DNA of 64,000 bases. It comes from Escherichia phage ph0011. The notes below the pieces were generated by a model that worked only from the letters and a program-made list of their open reading frames with translations, was not told the origin of the DNA and searched no databases. Made by a program: the position numbers and the translations under genes. Location of the stretch: sequence record OP557969.1; one strand, 5' to 3'. Shown here in pieces: positions 63,515 to 64,000 of this stretch. Numbering within the stretch: the first letter of the stretch is position 1; each line of letters starts with the position of its first letter.

Positions 63515-63547
63515 GTATGGGACAATATGTCCCATACATGATATAAT
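63515..63547 (+). promoter_or_regulatory. early-type promoter whose -35 lies inside a 9-bp hairpin
   Basis: GTATGGGAC-aatat-GTCCCATAC (63515-63537); TGGGAC - 18 nt - TATAAT (63542-63547). Confidence 0.55.
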
Positions 63548-63579
63548 GCTGTTATCATAATACAGAAGGAGATAGTAAA

Positions 63580-63768
63580 ATGGCTAAACAACCTAAGAAA
63601 AAAGAACCAGTAGCTAAAGTTAAAAAAGCAAAAGTTATTACATCCACAGAACAACGTATGTACGAACAACGTAAGAGTGAAACACTTTCTGGTCTACAAG
63701 CTCTTCGCAAACAAGGAGTCCTAACTCGTGCACAATATCGTAAGTTGGTAACACAAAAAGGTTATTGA
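63580..63768 (+). CDS. small basic hypothetical protein
   Basis: GAAGGAG RBS; MAKQPKKKEPVAKVKKAK..; 62 aa. Confidence 0.6.
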   Translation: MAKQPKKKEPVAKVKKAKVITSTEQRMYEQRKSETLSGLQALRKQGVLTRAQYRKLVTQKGY

Positions 63769-63870
63769 TACATTTGAAGTAATATTATGGGGTTCTTAAT
63801 AAATAACCTTATAAGAATAATAATACTTTTTATTAAATTAAAAAGAACTCCATGTGTTATTTCAGTTTTT

Positions 63871-63897
63871 ATCCCTGTCGGTTGGCAGGGATTTTTT
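63871..63897 (+). terminator. Rho-independent terminator
   Basis: atccctg-tcggttgg-cagggat then tttttt. Confidence 0.75.
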
Positions 63898-64000
63898 CTA
63901 TCTATGTATTGACAAAAGGATTAATTTATGAGAACATGTATAAAAGGCCGTATGACATTCCATTAGGTTAGTTTTTAACTTAAAGGAGATATATATGTTT

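Noticed and set aside
63909-63960. TTGACA at 63909 and TGTATAAAAG near 63937 as a promoter for the gene starting at 63995
   Set aside because: The -10 at the proper spacing is poor (GAACAT), and TATAAAAG is not an exact late consensus. The downstream gene is cut by the window edge.

Overview
AT-rich window (about one-third GC by eye). It is almost fully coding and almost entirely plus-strand, with one minus-strand gene. The recognisable genes are T4-type: RNA ligase 1 (rnlA), polynucleotide kinase/3'-phosphatase (pseT), a gp30-like ATP-dependent DNA ligase and dCMP deaminase (cd). Also present are PIN-PhoH, Sir2, Nudix, a Dam-family N6-adenine methyltransferase, an HxGH nucleotidyltransferase, two metallophosphoesterases, a ClpP-like protease, a secreted ClpP-fold protein, an HslV/proteasome-like Thr1 hydrolase and a 9x Big_2 Ig-repeat protein. 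I read this as an accessory (hyperplastic) region of a T4-like myovirus; the host cannot be determined from the window. Most of the content is lineage-specific paralog families that I do not recognise. FamA has about 51 ORFs sharing an acidic-x-x-aromatic-F-Q-x-S/T core and fills about 24 kb. FamB has 4 ORFs with an LFYLGT core. FamC has 8 ORFs with an N-terminal IQFTY core. FamD has about 13 small ORFs with an N-terminal helix and a KY-x-G-x-x-V core. A DNA-level signal lies on top of the genes: the palindromic 8-mer CAGTACTG occurs at least 35 times (about 0.6 expected), in all three reading frames and in unrelated genes, with AGTACT and GTAC also enriched. Other items: a roughly 620-nt ORF-free, GC-elevated island with its own promoter (candidate structured RNA); about 10 sigma70-type promoters, 7 sharing GAC-N17/18-(TGTGA)TATAAT; about 14 hairpin terminators; and one T4-late-type TATAAATA upstream of the minus-strand Big_2 gene. 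I saw no tRNA, rRNA, CRISPR, transposase or integrase. Start codons were chosen from RBS and overlap logic, all motif counts were made by eye, and homology statements rest on remembered motifs, not searches.
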